A DNA stretch of 64,000 bases from Mobula hypostoma. Taxonomy: Eukaryota. The DNA lies in assembly GCF_963921235.1 (NCBI RefSeq), contig NC_086097.1, positions 5,146,001 through 5,210,000 of the forward strand. Reading direction: 5' to 3'. The position numbers were made by a program, and so were the translations under genes. The number at the start of each line of letters is the position of its first letter. Position 1 is the first letter of the stretch. The notes beneath the pieces are model-generated. The model was not told where the DNA came from, made no database searches, and saw only the letters and a list, made by a program, of their open reading frames with translations. Shown here piece after piece: positions 12,488-27,083 of this stretch.

Positions 12488-12743
12488 GTCTTGCTTATGT
12501 TGATGATTGATGGAAAAATGTTGACCAGCATATGTTTCTTCTTTACGGTTTCCATGGAGATTTTAATATCAAACAGTTTTTAAATGGTCCTTTGGTCCAT
12601 GAGGGAGGATCCGATGGGCTCAATAGCCTAATCTGCTCTTTCTGTATGTCTTATGGGCTCATGGTCTTCAGGCTCCTGTAGCTGCTTCTTGATGGTGGAA
12701 GTGAGAAGTATGAGTGTCTTATGGCTTTATGGTATCTCTGGAG

Positions 12744-12822
12744 TAGTGGTTCCCAATCTGGGGTCCATGGACCCCTCGTTAATGGTAAGGCTCTATGGTG
12801 TAATAAGGATTGGGAACCCATG
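12744..12822. mobile_element. 79-bp hAT (Charlie-type) MITE
   Basis: Termini tagtggttcccaa / ttgggaacccatg. 8-bp flanks ctctggag / ctctaaag. Confidence 0.65.
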
Positions 12823-12879
12823 CTCTAAAGATTAAAAGAATGAGTGACAATATCATCGAAGTTTACTGGATTCTTAATG

Positions 12880-13303
12880 GGCTTTCTTCTCCGAGTGGAC
12901 CACAACTATGTTGTGGTTTGGAGGCTTGAGTGCTTCACTGAGCCAGAGGGCTCTGTTGACTGGGGTCAGGGATTTACGTTTTGGCTCTTGTTAAGGTCAC
13001 CCATGCCAAATAGGTCAAAGTGAAGAGGCCAAACTAAAAGTGGTCCACCAGTCCTCCTGGTTTGGGGGTTCAGCCAGGGCTAACAACCCTGACTGGTCAA
13101 ACAAAACTGTTACTGTAACAGCAAAGAAGAATCCTTCTACATCAAAGTACGATAGTATTCCTGAGTCTCACCCAGTACTTGATAGCAGTGAAAACCTCGA
13201 GGGAGATACTGACATGATGAAGGAAGCCCTGAACACTGGCAGAGATGGGGGAGCTTCATTGTTGCTCTAAACACCAGCAGTGCAATGGGTAGTAACTAAG
13301 TAA
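12880..13303 (+). mobile_element. Internally deleted RTE-type element (5' UTR joined to 3' end)
   Basis: RTE-like leader gggctaacaaccct...aaaa and 3' end ending taactaagtaa. Inserted in a CR1 3' remnant. Confidence 0.5.
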
Positions 13304-13357
13304 AGGGCTTGCCTAATGAGATGTGGGAGAGATGATTTCCTTGGTTGCAGAACCTAG

Positions 13358-13964
13358 TGTACGGGGTCTTTCTTTTGTTACATTTAAAATGGCGATTTTG
13401 TTATGTTAATCTGGGGAATGTGGCTTTGTTGTGCTTTAACGCGGCAGAGAGTTTGCGCTAACAGTTTGTTTTACTTTAAATGAGATAACCAGGTTCTATT
13501 AGCCAATGGGTGGTTATGTATCGTTTTGTTTTCGGATGCCATGCTGTATGATATGACTGTGGACTGAGTTTTGGCGGGGAGTCGGAGGAGAGATGAGGAA
13601 GACCGCGGACGTGTGGAGAGGCTCCGGTCGATCACTCAGGGTGGTCCCGAGCCGTGAGTCGACGGAATTCGGGTGGTCGTCTGAAGTCGAATTGAGCTCC
13701 AACGTAGCGCGCAGAGAACTTGGACTTTGATAAGAGTTGGCACCTTTTTTTTTCCCTTACTTTCCTCTCTGTATCAAATGTATATTAATGTCATAGAATT
13801 AGTAATATCTATAAAGTGTATTTGTTAAAATTTACTGGGTGTGCTGGCTGATGATTGATGTTGTGATTGATTCGGGCGGCGACCGACCCTGTGGGGAGTG
13901 TTGAGGCGGGTGCTGGGCTGGATTTCCCCGAGACATACACGAGCCAATATAACAGAACGTTACA
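13358..13964. mobile_element. Solo LTR
   Basis: TGTAC...TTACA termini, 4-bp flanks ctag/ttag, CpG-rich interior. Interrupts a CR1 remnant. Confidence 0.7.
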
Positions 13965-14169
13965 TTAGAATGAGAACTCATAGTTCCAGAATAAGGGATA
14001 GGCTGCTTGATACTGGGATAAGGAGATTTTCTTCACTCTGAAGATGAAATTCTTTTACCTCAAGTTCTCCATCATTGTGTTCATTCAAAGCTGGAATTGA
14101 CAGATCTCTGGAAATGAAGGAAATCCAGGTATATGGGGAAAATACTGGAAAATAATGAAAACTGTCAGA

Positions 14170-14520
14170 CCACAAGGCATCAGAGCAGATTTAAGCCACT
14201 CAGCCCATCAAGTCTGCTCAGCCATTCCATCATGGCTGATTAATTAGTCCTTTCAACCCCAGTCTCCTGCCTTCACTTTGTAATCTTTGATGCCCTGACT
14301 AAACAAGAACCTATCAGCCTCCACTTAAATATATCCAATGACTTGGCCCCTTCAGATATTTGTGGCAATGTATTCCACAGATTCACCACAAATTTTCAAA
14401 TTCCCCACATTTCTCTTCATCTTTGTTCTCTAAATGGATGTCCTCTATTCTAAGGCTGTGCATTGTGGTCCTAGACTCCCCCCTACTATAGGAAACATCC
14501 TCTCCACATCCAGCATACCA
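14170..14520 (-). mobile_element. CR1 3' fragment
   Basis: Homologous to 15645-15990. Confidence 0.75.
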
Positions 14521-15644
14521 TTCCATATCTTGTGGCAATGTAACCTCAGTCATCTTGGATGTATTCTTCCTGTATTCATGCACCTGACATCCCTGCTACA
14601 AAGTTGAAAAGTTGCAGTTTTAAACTGTAGACTAGAACAGTTCATAAATCAGGATTAAATAATTCAGTTCAGAATATTATGAGTGTTGACTTATCATGGT
14701 AAGTGCGATGCTCAGCTTCGCTTGTTTGGGAGGATATAAATAGTTTCATAATGCTTACCTGAAGGTAATTAGAGAGTTCTCCTGCCGACCTGGATACGCT
14801 TCAGTAATATATCCAAAATAGATGGATTGATAGTCATCGATCTCCTGAACCAGAGGGAATAACTTCTCTCAATTTCTCTTGCCCCATCAGTGAACTGTTC
14901 CCACAACCTATGGACTCACTATTTACTGTGATTGCGCTCAAGAAAATTATTCTCAAGGTTGTACATGGTGATATATACATACATACTTTGATCATAAATT
15001 TGCTCTGAGCTTTAATGCTTAGCCAAGGTTCTGTTTGGGAGAACATAAATAATTTTATTATGCTTACTTTCAGGTAATTAGGGAGCTCTCCTGCCGTCCT
15101 GGCTAAGCTTCAGTAATATAGCCGAAATAGATTGACCAGTGAGACATCATGTTTGCACCTCTTTGCTCGTAGCAACTTGGATGCCATCCTTAAAGAATTC
15201 ACTGGCAGTGAATAGCTCTCGTATTACGAAACATTTGAACATTGCCAATTAAAAACTAGTTATTATTTTAAGTTGGCATTACCTTGCCTCCAATCTGGCT
15301 AAATTCACTGGAAAATTCCCCTCAGGATTTCAAACTGTTTGACCTGGATCTGATGGGTGGTGTCTCCTACACCCGTCGGAGATATTTACCAGGAGTGTGG
15401 TGTACATAAGGTCCTTAACATTGTCAATATTCCTCCCATTCATCCAACAATCTCTTTTTCACCCACCCCCCCCCCCCCCGCAACTTACCATCAGGCAGGA
15501 GGTTCCATAGTTTCAGGACAAAGACTGCTAGGGTGGGAAACAGCTTCTTCTACCAGACCCTATCACTACTGAAATCCCTGCCACCATCCAGGTCTCATCA
15601 GGTATGAAGCACCAGTACATTATACTGTTTACTTTTTAACTTAA

Positions 15645-17600
15645 GACCATAAGACATAGGGGCAGAATTAGGCCATCTGGCCTATCGAGTCTGCTCTACC
15701 ATTCCATCATGGCTGATCCTTTTTTTAAATCTCTTTCTCAACCCCAGTTCCTGGCCCTCTACCCAGTAATCTTTGATGCCATGTTCAATCAAGAATCTAT
15801 CAATCTCTGCCTTAAATACACCCAATGACCTGGTCTCCACAGCTGCATGTGGCAACAAATTCCACAAATTCACCACCATTTTGCTAAAGAAGTTTCTCCG
15901 CATCTCTGTTTTCTATCCTGAGGCTGTGCCCTCTTGTCCTAGACTCTCCGACCATGGGAAACATCTTTTCCACGTCTACTCTGTCTAGGCCTTTCAACAT
16001 TCGAAAGGTTTCAATGAGAACCCCCCACATCCTTCTGAATTCCAGTGAGTACAGACTCAGAGCCATCAAACGTTCTTCATATGCCAACCCTTTCATTCCT
16101 GGAATCATTCTTGTTAACTCTCTCTGGACCCTCTCCAGTGCCAGCACATCTTTACTAAGATGAGAGGCCCAAAACTGTTCACAATACTCAAGGTGAGGCC
16201 TCATCAGTGCCTTATAAAGCCTCAGCATCACATCCCTGCTCTTGTATTCTAGACCCCTTGAAATCAATGCTAACATGGCATTTGCCTTCCTCACCACCAA
16301 CTCAACCTGCAAGTTAACCTTTAGGGTGTTCTGCACAAGAACTCCCAAGTCCCTTTGCATCTCAGAATTTTGGATTTTCTCTCTATTTAGGAAATAGTCT
16401 GCACATTTATTTCTATTACCAAAGTGATTGACCATGCATTTTCCAACATAGTATTTCATTTGCCACTTTCTTGCCCATTCTCCTAATCTGTTGTTGTCCT
16501 TCTGCAGCCTACCTGTTTCCTCAACACTATCTGCCCCTCCACTAATCTTCATATCATCTGCAAACTTGAAAACAAAACCATTTATTCCCTCACTTAAATC
16601 ATGTATATACTCCATAAAAAGATGTGGTCCCAACACCAAACCCTGCAGAAAACCACTAGTCACTGGCAGCCAACCAGAAAAGGATCCTTTTATTTCCACT
16701 CGCTGCCTCCTACCAATCAGCCAATGCTCCAACCATGTTAGTAACTGTCCTGTAAGACCATGGGCTCTTAACTTGGTAAGCAGCCTTGTCGAAGGCCTTC
16801 TGAAAGTCCAAATGTACAACATCCACTGCATCCCCTTTATCTGTCTTAATTGTAATCTTCTCAAAGAATTCCAGCAAGTTCGTCAGGCAGGATTTTCCCT
16901 TAAAGAAACCATGATGACTTTGTACTATCTTGTCCTATGTCACCAAGTACTCCTTCACCTCATCCTTAACAATTGACTCCAACATCTTCCCAACCACTGA
17001 GGTCAGACTAATTGGTTTATAATTTCCTTTCTTCTGCTTTCCTCCTTTCTTAAAGAGTGGAGTGACATTTGCAATTTTCCAGTCCACTGGCACCGTGCCA
17101 GCGTCCAATGATTTTTGAAAGGTCATTTCTAATGTCACCACAATCTGCAACGCTACCTCTTTCCAGAACCCTAGGGTGTAGTTTATCTGGTCCAGGTGAC
17201 TTGTGTACCTTTAGGTCTTTCAGCTTTTGAGCACCTTCTCTCTTATAATAGTAACTACACCCACTTCTCTTCCTTCACACACTACAACATCAGGCATCCT
17301 GCTAGTGTCTTCCACAGTGAAGACTGATGCAAAATACTCATTTAGTTCATTTGCCATCTCCTTGTCCCCTGTTATTATTTCTCCTGCCTGATTTCCTAAT
17401 GGTCCTATACCCAATCTCATTTCTCTTTTATTTTTGACATACTTGAAAAAACTTTTACTATCCACTTTGTTATTATTTGCCAGCTTGCTTTCATATTTCA
17501 TCTTTTCCCTTCTAATGAATTTTTTAGTTGCTCTCTGTAGGTTTTCAAAAACTTCCCAATCCTCTATCTTCCCGCTAATATTAGCTTTGTTGTATGCCCT
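15645..17600 (-). mobile_element. CR1 LINE, 5'-truncated (RT region)
   Basis: ORFs 15884, 16935, 17220: WKIANVTPLFKKG, NYKPISLTSVVGK, FKFADD, RPHLEYC. Confidence 0.92.
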
Positions 17601-19509
17601 TGTGTCATAAACGCAGCTTATTAAAAAGGCATCTTATTTTCTGTTTCTTATTATATGTTAATTTATTTGTGGTAATATTACTTATGTGTTGTGTGTGAGT
17701 CATATGTACTGTTTTGTGCACGTTGGTCTGGGGAACATTGTTTCATTTGCAGGCATACATATGCGGAGTTGAATGACAATAAATCGAATTTGAACTTTCA
17801 GTTGAACTTGATTTGAAGAATTTATGAAGGAAGATTCATGCAAAACATTGTAACTTTTTTTAAAGATGGGAAATTCTGTACATGCAGGAAATCAAAAGCA
17901 ACACACATAAAATGCTGGAAGAACTCAGCAGGTCAGGTAGCACCTATGGAAATGAATAAACGTTTTGGGCCAACACCCTTCTTCAAGATTGAGAAAGGAG
18001 GGGGAAGATGCCAGAATAAAGAAGGTGAAGGGAGGCTGCCTGGAAGGTGATAGGTGAAACCAGGTATTGTGAATCCAAATATATGGTAATATACCAGACA
18101 CAGAAACAGTTCCTGATCAACCCACCCCACCACACCCCCAACCACCACTACTTTATCATTTCCTGTCAGAGTCACCTTAGGTACAGACACTCCTGTGCCT
18201 AGCATCACTTTATGGACATAAAATAAATCTATGTATATAAGCTATCTTATGTATTTATATTTATTATGTTTTGTATTACTATTGGGTACTTTATCTCATC
18301 ATTTTTTTTTGTGCTGCATCAGATCCCGAGTGACAATTATTTTGTTCTCCTTTGCACTCGTGTACTGGAAATGACATTGATGCTTACACACAATGATTGG
18401 AGGTAGAGTGGTGGTTAGCACAATACAGTACAGTATCGACGACACTGGTTCAGTGCCTACTGCTGACGGTAAGGAGTTTGTAGGTTTTCCCCGTGAGTGT
18501 ATGTGTTTGCTCTGAGTACTCCGCTTTCCTCCCACAGTCCAAAGATGTACTGGTTGATACGTTAATTGATCACTGTAAATTGTCCTGTGATTTAGGCCAG
18601 GATCACGTTGGGAGATTGCTAAGCCTTGCAGCTCAAAAGGCTGGAAGGGCCTATTCTATGCTGCATCTCAATAAATGAATAAATAAATAAATATTCCTAA
18701 TATAGAATATCATAACTAATATAAACTGGACTACCTGAGAAGGCAAATATTATGAGGTCAATAACATGAATTATGCTGACCTGAATATTCCATAATTGTC
18801 TGCTCCGTATATTTGAATCTAATTTATTTTCACTAACACCAGTCTTTTAAAACATTTAGTAGCTGAACACAGTTTGCAATGAATTTATTCTTCACTGAAT
18901 ATGAAAGGAAGCATTGATACCCTTGAAAAGGGTAAGCATTTGCACTTTGGAACTACACTGGCTTTTTAGAGCTGCTGGTAAATAATCATTGGTGAACTTT
19001 AGTCATTTACAAGATCTGAAAGTACGTATGAGCCAAAAGACCAATCCCATAAGAAAACATCATTATTCATGCTGGAATAATTGAATGTAAATTTGCCGAT
19101 AAATCGCAAATGCTGCACTATCCTTTGGGTGAGCCTAAAAGCTATTTAATATGAGGCAGACAAAAAAATACCGATTTAATAGGACAAAGTCTGCAGACGT
19201 ACCAGGGATATAAAAAGACATTTGCTTAAAATCACTGTTCACGTATTTTTGTGTATAATTACTCATCAAACACCTCAACTGAAAGTGCGGAGCGTGGAAA
19301 GAATCAGTAATCAGCTTGAGACTGTGGGTTTCTTTGCTCCGTGCTTTTTGACGGAGTTAGAAATGCTAATATTTGGACATCTGTTTTACTCACTGCAAGA
19401 CCATGATTTTATTAAGCGATGTAAAAATTACCATAGAACCAGAGACCCTCCGTTGGTTGTAGTTGACTACGGATATTGCATCCTAGCTGTTTACATAATT
19501 GATATGCAA

Positions 19510-19866
19510 GCCATAAGATATAGTAGCAGAATTAGGCCATCCGGCACATTGAGCCTGCTCCGCCATTCCATCATGGCTGGTCTATTTCCCTCCGAGCCTA
19601 GTCTTCTGTCTTCTCCCCATATCCCTTCATACCCTGACTAATCAGCAGCCTATTAACCTCTGTCTTAAATATACCCAATGTTTTGGCCTCGATAGCCACC
19701 TGTGACAACGAATTCCACAGATTCACCACTCTCTGGCTAAAGAAATTGCTCCTCACCTCCATTCTAAATAAACACCCCTCTATTCTGAGGCTGTGCCCTC
19801 TGGTCCTATACTCCCCCACCATAGGAAAAATCCTTGCCATATCCACTCCACTGAGGCCTTTCAACG
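19510..19866 (-). mobile_element. CR1 3' fragment
   Basis: RTRGHSLRI..NFFSQRVVNLWNSL. Confidence 0.8.
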
Positions 19867-20289
19867 TGGATCAGCAAAAAAGACAGAGGTGTCCTCACTG
19901 ATGCAAGGAATAATCTAGATACTGGAAATCTAAAACAAAAACAATAATTGCTGAAAACACAGCATTCATTTTTTTGCCTTTAACTACTTTTGGAAGAAGT
20001 TGCACAAAGATTGTTTAACTGTAGAAAGTACAGATTTGTGATGTCCAGTCTTGGAGGGGTGGATTGCCAGGTTTTAAAGCTATCAGGTACACACTGCACA
20101 GCACCAGCATGTCCTTGTCAATAAGAGGAGAATTCGACTAATGGACTGAGAGTCCACTGCAGTGGCTTTTCTAGTAACATCATGGAGGATTCCACCCACC
20201 CTGCTCGTGGACTGTTTGTCCCAGTCCCATCAAGGAGGAAGCCAAGTAGCTTCCACACTGGGACCAACAGATGCAAAAAAAGTTACTTT

Positions 20290-21040
20290 AGAATATAGAA
20301 ATCTACAGCACATTACAGGCCCTTTGGCCCACAATGTTGAACCAACCCTGTAACCTACTGTAGAAACTGCCTAGAATTTCCCTACTGCATTGCCCCTTAT
20401 TTTTCTAAACTCCATGTAAGATCTCTTAAAGGATCCTATAGACGCCACCACTGCCACCGGCAGTGCACTCCATGCACCCACCACTCCCTGAGTGGAAAAC
20501 TTAGCCCTGACATCACCCTTGTACCTACCTCCAAGCATCCTAAAACTGTGCCCCCTCATCTTAGCCATTTCAGCCCTGGGAAAAAGCCTCTGGCTATCCA
20601 CACGATCAATGCCTCTCATCTTATACACCTCTATCAGGTCACCTCTCATCCTCTGTCGCTCCAAGGAGAAAAGGCCAAGTTCACTCAACCTATTCTCATA
20701 AGGCATACTCTTCAATCCAGGCAACATCCTTATAAATCTCCACTGCACTCTCTCTATAGTATCCACATTCTTCCTGTAATGAGGTGACCAGAACTGAACA
20801 CGGTACTCCAAGTGGGGTCTGACCAAGGACTTATGTAGCTGTGTACCAGTACCCCATGGCTTTTGAATGGTTGTTGAATGCCAACACACCATACGCCTTC
20901 TTAACAACACTGTCAACCTGCCCAGCAGCTTTAATTGTCCTATGGACATGGACCCCAAGATCTCTCTGATCTTCCATATTGCCAAGAGTCTTACCATTAT
21001 TATTATATTCTGTCTTCAAATTTGACCTACCAAAATTTAC
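20290..21040 (-). mobile_element. CR1 3' fragment (second subfamily)
   Basis: [28 protein letters not shown]. Homologous to 31689-32580. Confidence 0.85.
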
Positions 21041-22349
21041 ATGTGGATGCTTTAGATTTTTACAAGTAAAGTACTGGGGCTGGATAGTGTGGTGGTGCAA
21101 GGTTCCTTATCGGCCTAGTAGGTTAGTCGTTCTAGTAATTTAACTACAAGGCAATTTATTGTAAAAGATTTTGTAAAGGTTTATTTTTGTCTTACTTTAT
21201 TGTTTCATGACCGAATGTGAATGTAATGGAATAATGTGAATGTGTTAATCTCTGTTCACCAAGCGTGAGCGAGGTGAACTCGTTTCAGGGTCTGGGCCTA
21301 CATGTGTTTGGAAGTTTAACACGTGTGTGCCAATGTGAGTATACCTTTTAGTTAAGATGAGATATATTTTGTCATATTTTTAATATGTATAAGGTACAGG
21401 GTTGGGGAGATTCTAATGTTGCTTGTATTGTTTTTTTTAGAATTGCCACTACCGCATTGGTTCTGTATATTTTGTTTTATTTATTTTCATTCTGCATACA
21501 TGACTAGTGTATGGATTGAAATTAAGCTGAGGTTGTAACAGCAGGAACTGTGTTTTTTTTAAATTCATTTTGTTAATTTTTATTTATGATACCTTCTTTC
21601 TGCATTAAACACCTAAAACAGAGGAATTAAAGATGAGGAAAAGTATTTGTAGTTCTGAAAGTGTATTTTTGCCAGGCTACATAAACAAAACAGCATTTGA
21701 GCAAAATTCAGTTGATCTTGTTAACAGCCTCATACAACGAGGACATCCTCCAACTTAAATCTCTCTGGGATTTGTTTCTTTCATATTAGTATATATTGCT
21801 AAGTAATCATTTAACAAAATAAACTTCTCTATCTGTTATTTATTGTATTTGGAGGTACAGCACAGTAACTCAGTGGTTATCACAATGCTGTTACAGCGTC
21901 AGCGACTGGGGTTCATTGCCCGCTGCTGTCTGTAAGGAGTTTGCACGCCCTCCCCATGATCACATGGGTTACTTTGGGCTGCTCTGGTTTCCTCCTGTGT
22001 TCCAAAGACACTCAGGTTAGTCGGTTCATTGGTCATGTGGCTGTAATTCGTCAGCGCTGACTCGTTAGCCTGGACAGGCCTGTTACTGTGATGTATCTCG
22101 AAATAACTAAATGAGGCCCTTCGGCCCAATGAGCCCGCACTGTTCAGTTACACCCATGTGACCAATTAACCTTGTAAGCAGTACCCTGCTGGACTGTGGG
22201 AGGAGCCCAGGGCACCCAAAGGAGACCCATGTGGTCATGGGGAGAACGTACTGTACCAACTTCTTACCGACAGTGGCAGAATGGAGCCTGGGTCGTGCAC
22301 TGTTATTGCATTGTTATAACCCCTTGAATACATTCAACTTTTAGTTTTA

Positions 22350-23065
22350 TGCAGCTTCTCTACATTGGTGAGACCCATCGTAAATGGGGGGACTGCTTAG
22401 TCTGGTACCTCCACTTCTTCACCCTCCAAAAGCAGAACTTCCTGGTAGCCAAATTTTAATTCCAATTCCCGCTCCTGTTCCGACGTTGTGGTCCACGGCC
22501 TCCTCTTGTGCAAAGATGAGGCCACCCTCAGAGTGGAGAAGCGACACCTTAAATCCTGTGTGGGTGACCTCCAACCCAACTACATCAGTATCAGAATCCG
22601 GTTTATTATCCCCGGCATGTGACGTGAAATTCATTAACTTAGCAGGAGCAGTTCAATGCAATACATAATATAGAAGAGAAAACACCTAAATAAATTTTTA
22701 AAAAATATATATAAATAAATATTGATTTCTCCTTCTGGTGCCCCCTCCCCCTCTCCTCTCCTATTCCCCACTCTGGCCTTTTACCTCTTCTCACCTGCCT
22801 ATCACCTCCCCCTGCATCTCCTCTGGTCCAATCCCCTCTCTATCAGATTCCTTCCTCTCCAGCCCTTTACCTGTCCCACTCACCTGGCTTAACATATCAC
22901 CTTCCGGCTTGTCCCCCTTCCCCTCTCCTCATTTTTAATCTGGCACCTTTCCCCTTCCTTTCCAGTCCTGCTGAAGGGTCTCAGTCCGAAACGTCGACCG
23001 TTTATTCCTGTCCATAGACGCTGCCTGACGTGCTGAGATCCTGCAGCATTTTGTGTGTGTTGCTT
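22350..23065 (+). mobile_element. PLE 3' fragment with a nested LINE tail (~22587-22720)
   Basis: ctctacattggtgagaccc (LYIGET, second GIY-YIG motif). Hammerhead-like ccagtcctgctgaagggtctcagtccgaaacgtcgac at ~22962-22998. Confidence 0.75.
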
Positions 23066-24940
23066 TATTTGTATTCACTGCTAAATGCAGGTGGATTCTT
23101 TGTTCTGCCTTTTTCAATTACACAATGTCTAGCAAAACAAAAAAATGAATCATTTTTAGCATTGAGCATTTAAGCTGCTTCAGGTGAAGTGGAAAACCAG
23201 TCAGGCCACTATATCATCACAGTTCTCAATGTGTAAGCCATTTACCTGTGCCCTTCAGCCAGCAATAAAACACCATTAAACTCTGTATTGTAAAGCAAAT
23301 TGGCCCTGATGTTCACATCCAGAGAAAACCACTGTAATAGAATAGATAATGCTGAAAAAATAAACAATTTCTCTTTAACAGTGGCCTTGCTAGATTTTAT
23401 TTCAATCAATGCTTTTAGCACTCAGTGTCCAAGTATGCTATTGAAAATGATGCAACTCATGTTCTATACAGTAGAGGATCAAACAGTCTGGTTAAGGCAA
23501 GAACTTACTGGTGAAGATAAATTACTGGTGAAGATAAATTAAACCTGCAAATGCTGGACGTTTAAAATAACAATAAACAGTTAGTTAGTTTATTATGTGG
23601 CATGTTGTATGACGTGGGCGATTATGGCTTTTCCATGACCATGACTGCTCTTTGCTAATTTTTCTACAGAAGTGGCTTGCCCTGGCTTCATTCTGGGCAG
23701 TGGCTTTGTAAGACGGGTGACCCCAGCCATTATCTTCAGTGGAGGTGCTTGGTATCAGTGGCCACATAACCAGGACTTGTGATATGCACCAGCTGCTCCA
23801 TGGCTTCACGTGACCCTGACCAGGGAGCTAAGCAGGTACTACACCTTGCTGAAGGGCAGGCTAGTAGAGGGAAGGAGGGCTTTACACCTCCTTCGGTAGA
23901 GACGTATCTCCACCCCACCAGCCTGAAACAGTAAATGATTGAAATTGGGAAGAGAAGCAGAATGAACAGATCAGATTGATGAGCCATTGTCAGAATTGGG
24001 AATGAGAGAATATCACTAGGAGAGTGGGGAGAGGAGATGGTGCAGATGGTCTGGTCCCAAACCAAAAACTGTGGATGAACCAGGAGGTACATCGTCTGCT
24101 GAAGGCTAGATCTGAGGCACTCAAGTCTGACAACCCCGGCCTGTACCAGAAAACTAGGAAAGATTTAAGGAGGGCTATTTAAAGGATGAAGAGTGAAGAG
24201 ACAATTTCAGATGAGGTTGGAGGCGACATCGGATGCACGGCAACTCTGGTAAGATTTGCAAGACATTACTTCCCTACAGAGTGAAACCCAATAGCATCAA
24301 TCTTCATTGGTTAATTGGTCTAAAAAAGATATCACAAATCTTCCAAATTATCAGTGTTTCCAATGAAGACTATGGGAAGGCATTCCATTGTTAGTACCTA
24401 CAGTAAAACTATCTTGTAAGAAGTTTTAAAGTGCTTTATCCTTTTGTATTGCATGGCCCTGAATCTTTTGGAAACAATAATTTTATTGTGCGACTTAACC
24501 CTGAGAAGTTAGAGACAACGATATCACAGGCCGCAGTCATATACATTAATTTCTTTTACTATGACTCCAGCCTGAACCCATTCAACTCTGCCGGTAACTC
24601 CATTCCTCGGGTTCATTACATGCTAAGATGGTATACGGCTGGAATTTATCAGTAACACAGAGCAAACTCTTGCTACCTGCCTGCACCATTCCTCAGAAAC
24701 ATTTTTACTTTTTCAAAAAAAGATTTGATGCTTTACTAAGGCACAGCTTGAGTGTACAGTACACTATTAGTATAAGTTTCAAATTAGTAAAGCAATGCCC
24801 TTTGTAGTAACTTTTACTTAGATGAAAGGCACACTCGACAAATTCATGCCCAAAGAAGCAACTTTATCTCGAACGTCAAAACCGTTGTGTATATACAGAG
24901 GCTTTCACAACCCGTACGGCATGGCAGGAACACTATAAAC

Positions 24941-26284
24941 CAGAGGTAGGCAACATCCAGCCTGCAAGCAAATATTGAGATACTATGCTTATCCGGCCCG
25001 CGAGCGATTTTTTCCTTATTCTGAGTGTTTCACGCGACCACACTGATGGACATGCATGGCGTCTTGTTACACTGGGCCCAGGTTCTGTTTTGTTCCAAAC
25101 CAAACACTGGTATATACGTATGACGGGAAGGCAGACTACCTTATTAATATGTATCAGATACTCTCCGTGCCGCGCAGGTTTTCAGATGGGATCATTCAAA
25201 TTTGTAAACAGAAATGACGTCACCGTGTTTTAACAAGAAATCCACGCTAAACATCCAGATATTTACATGCGCTATGATACTTGTTGAATAACTCGTGTTT
25301 CGAAATAAAATCAAAGAAAAAAATTCCAAAGGCAATGAATGCAAAAGGCAGGAAGGTAGACACTGAGTGCTGAAAAAGCAGTGGAAATGAAGGAAATACC
25401 TGTGCCAGCTACGAAGTCTCAAAACGTATTGCAGAAAAGATGAAGCCTTTTACAAATGGAGAGTTTGTCAAAGTATGTTTACTGGCAGTGGTGGATATTG
25501 TTTTGTCCTGAAAAGAAATCTTTATTTGCATCTATCAGCCTGTCAGCAAGAACGATCACACGGTGAGTTGAAGAAATGTCAGCAGATGTTAAAAGTTGAT
25601 TAAGGGATGCCTGCAACGAATTGCATTTTTTTCTCAATTGCGCCTGATGAGAGTACAGACTTCAGAGACACTGCTCAACTTGTAGTGTTTTTGCAAGGAG
25701 TGACTGTGGTAAACCATATATATGTGTTGTAACTGGGTTAACTGTCTGGACACCCCCCTCTGCTGACTGCCCCTGTGGCTCCTCCCACAGCCCCCTGAAT
25801 AAAAGTGTTTTGCCTTGCCCCTCCCCATCAGTCTGGGGGCAGACATTCACCATGGAGGTCGTATTGTACAGCGAATAAAAGCCTTTCAGTATTTTACACA
25901 ACTTTTCAAATTTTTGAAGAGTTTATTCAATTAATTCCTGTGAAGGACACGGTTACTGGGGCAGACATTTTTTGAAGCTTTGTTAAAAATGATGTCAGAA
26001 ATGAAACTAAATGTGATGAAGCTAATTGGCATCGCAACTGATGGGGCACCAGCACTGGTAGGACAGAAAAACTAAACTGAGTTCTTTGATTACTAAATGG
26101 CATCCTGGTTAAACACAAATGATTTTCTAGCATGTGTTATTCATTAATTTGAGGCAAAACATAACTAGATGTATTTAAATGGATAATTCCAATATTTCAA
26201 GTTTTTTATGGCATTTATCTGGCCCACCGTCCGCTCATTAATACGCGATCCAGCCCACAGAGGTAAAAAAGTTGCCAACCCCTG
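24941..26284 (+). mobile_element. hAT (Buster/Charlie, GTF2IRD2/SPIN-like) DNA transposon, internally deleted
   Basis: TIR cagaggtaggcaac / gttgccaacccctg. TSD ctataaac / ctatatac with central TA. Transposase remnant KPFTNGEFVK..ISLSARTIT..DESTD..DTAQL. Confidence 0.88.
25705..25900 (+). mobile_element. LTR-like fragment inserted in the hAT transposase
   Basis: TG...CA ends, AATAAA at ~25874. Transposase homology stops before it and resumes after it. Confidence 0.55.
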
Positions 26285-27083
26285 CTATATACAAAAGCAC
26301 ACCGGAAGTAAAAGAACGGAAGTGAACCACCCCCCATTATCCTAATTAGTATTAACTTACCTTTAATAATGCTCACATTATGACACTTCTCCCCCTTTAA
26401 AATCCAACATTCCCCAAATGTAAAAAAACTAGGAAACGTGGTGTTATTAACTTGCGTACCCCTGAAAACTGATACTAGTATCTCAGCAACAGTTTATCAA
26501 TACAACACATCTGGAAAACATGACAGACTCAACATTCAATCTAACAAAAACAAAAAAGAAAACTGTCCCGTCAAAGATTCAGTCTGTCAGGAGGTTTACG
26601 AGTGCACTGTGATCTGCGCACTACCCCCGGTGACATAGCAGGCACCGTTGGCGATGGTATTTTGGGTGGATCTGGTTTTGGGGGCGTGAGAGGGGTCTGT
26701 GTGTGTGTGTCTGCGTGAGAATGTCCATCCTCCTCAGGGGACCCTGACCCCTCTGCCAGCATCCCTCCCTCTGGCAAAGTCACTGGTGGAAATGCTTCTG
26801 CAGTAGTCTGTCTCACTTTTGCCTTCATGTCCGGGTGCAACAGGTCCAATCTTGACTTGGGCCTACACCCCATCGGCATCTCTGCTGGAGTGCAGGCAGT
26901 CGTACTCAGTGATGTGAGGAGGTATTTAGACAGGAAACATGAAAGCCGAATGCTAAGAGAGTCCCCTGTCATCCAATTCAGGCCTTCCTTTACTGTCTGA
27001 ACAGCCCGCTCAGCCAAACCATTAGAGGCTGGGTGGAAAGGGGCCGTCCGAATGTGATGAATGCCATTCTGCTGCATGAACTC

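Noticed and set aside
23365..23440. Candidate small exon (tttaacAG...GTatgc)
   Set aside because: Only generic splice-like motifs; no recognisable peptide.
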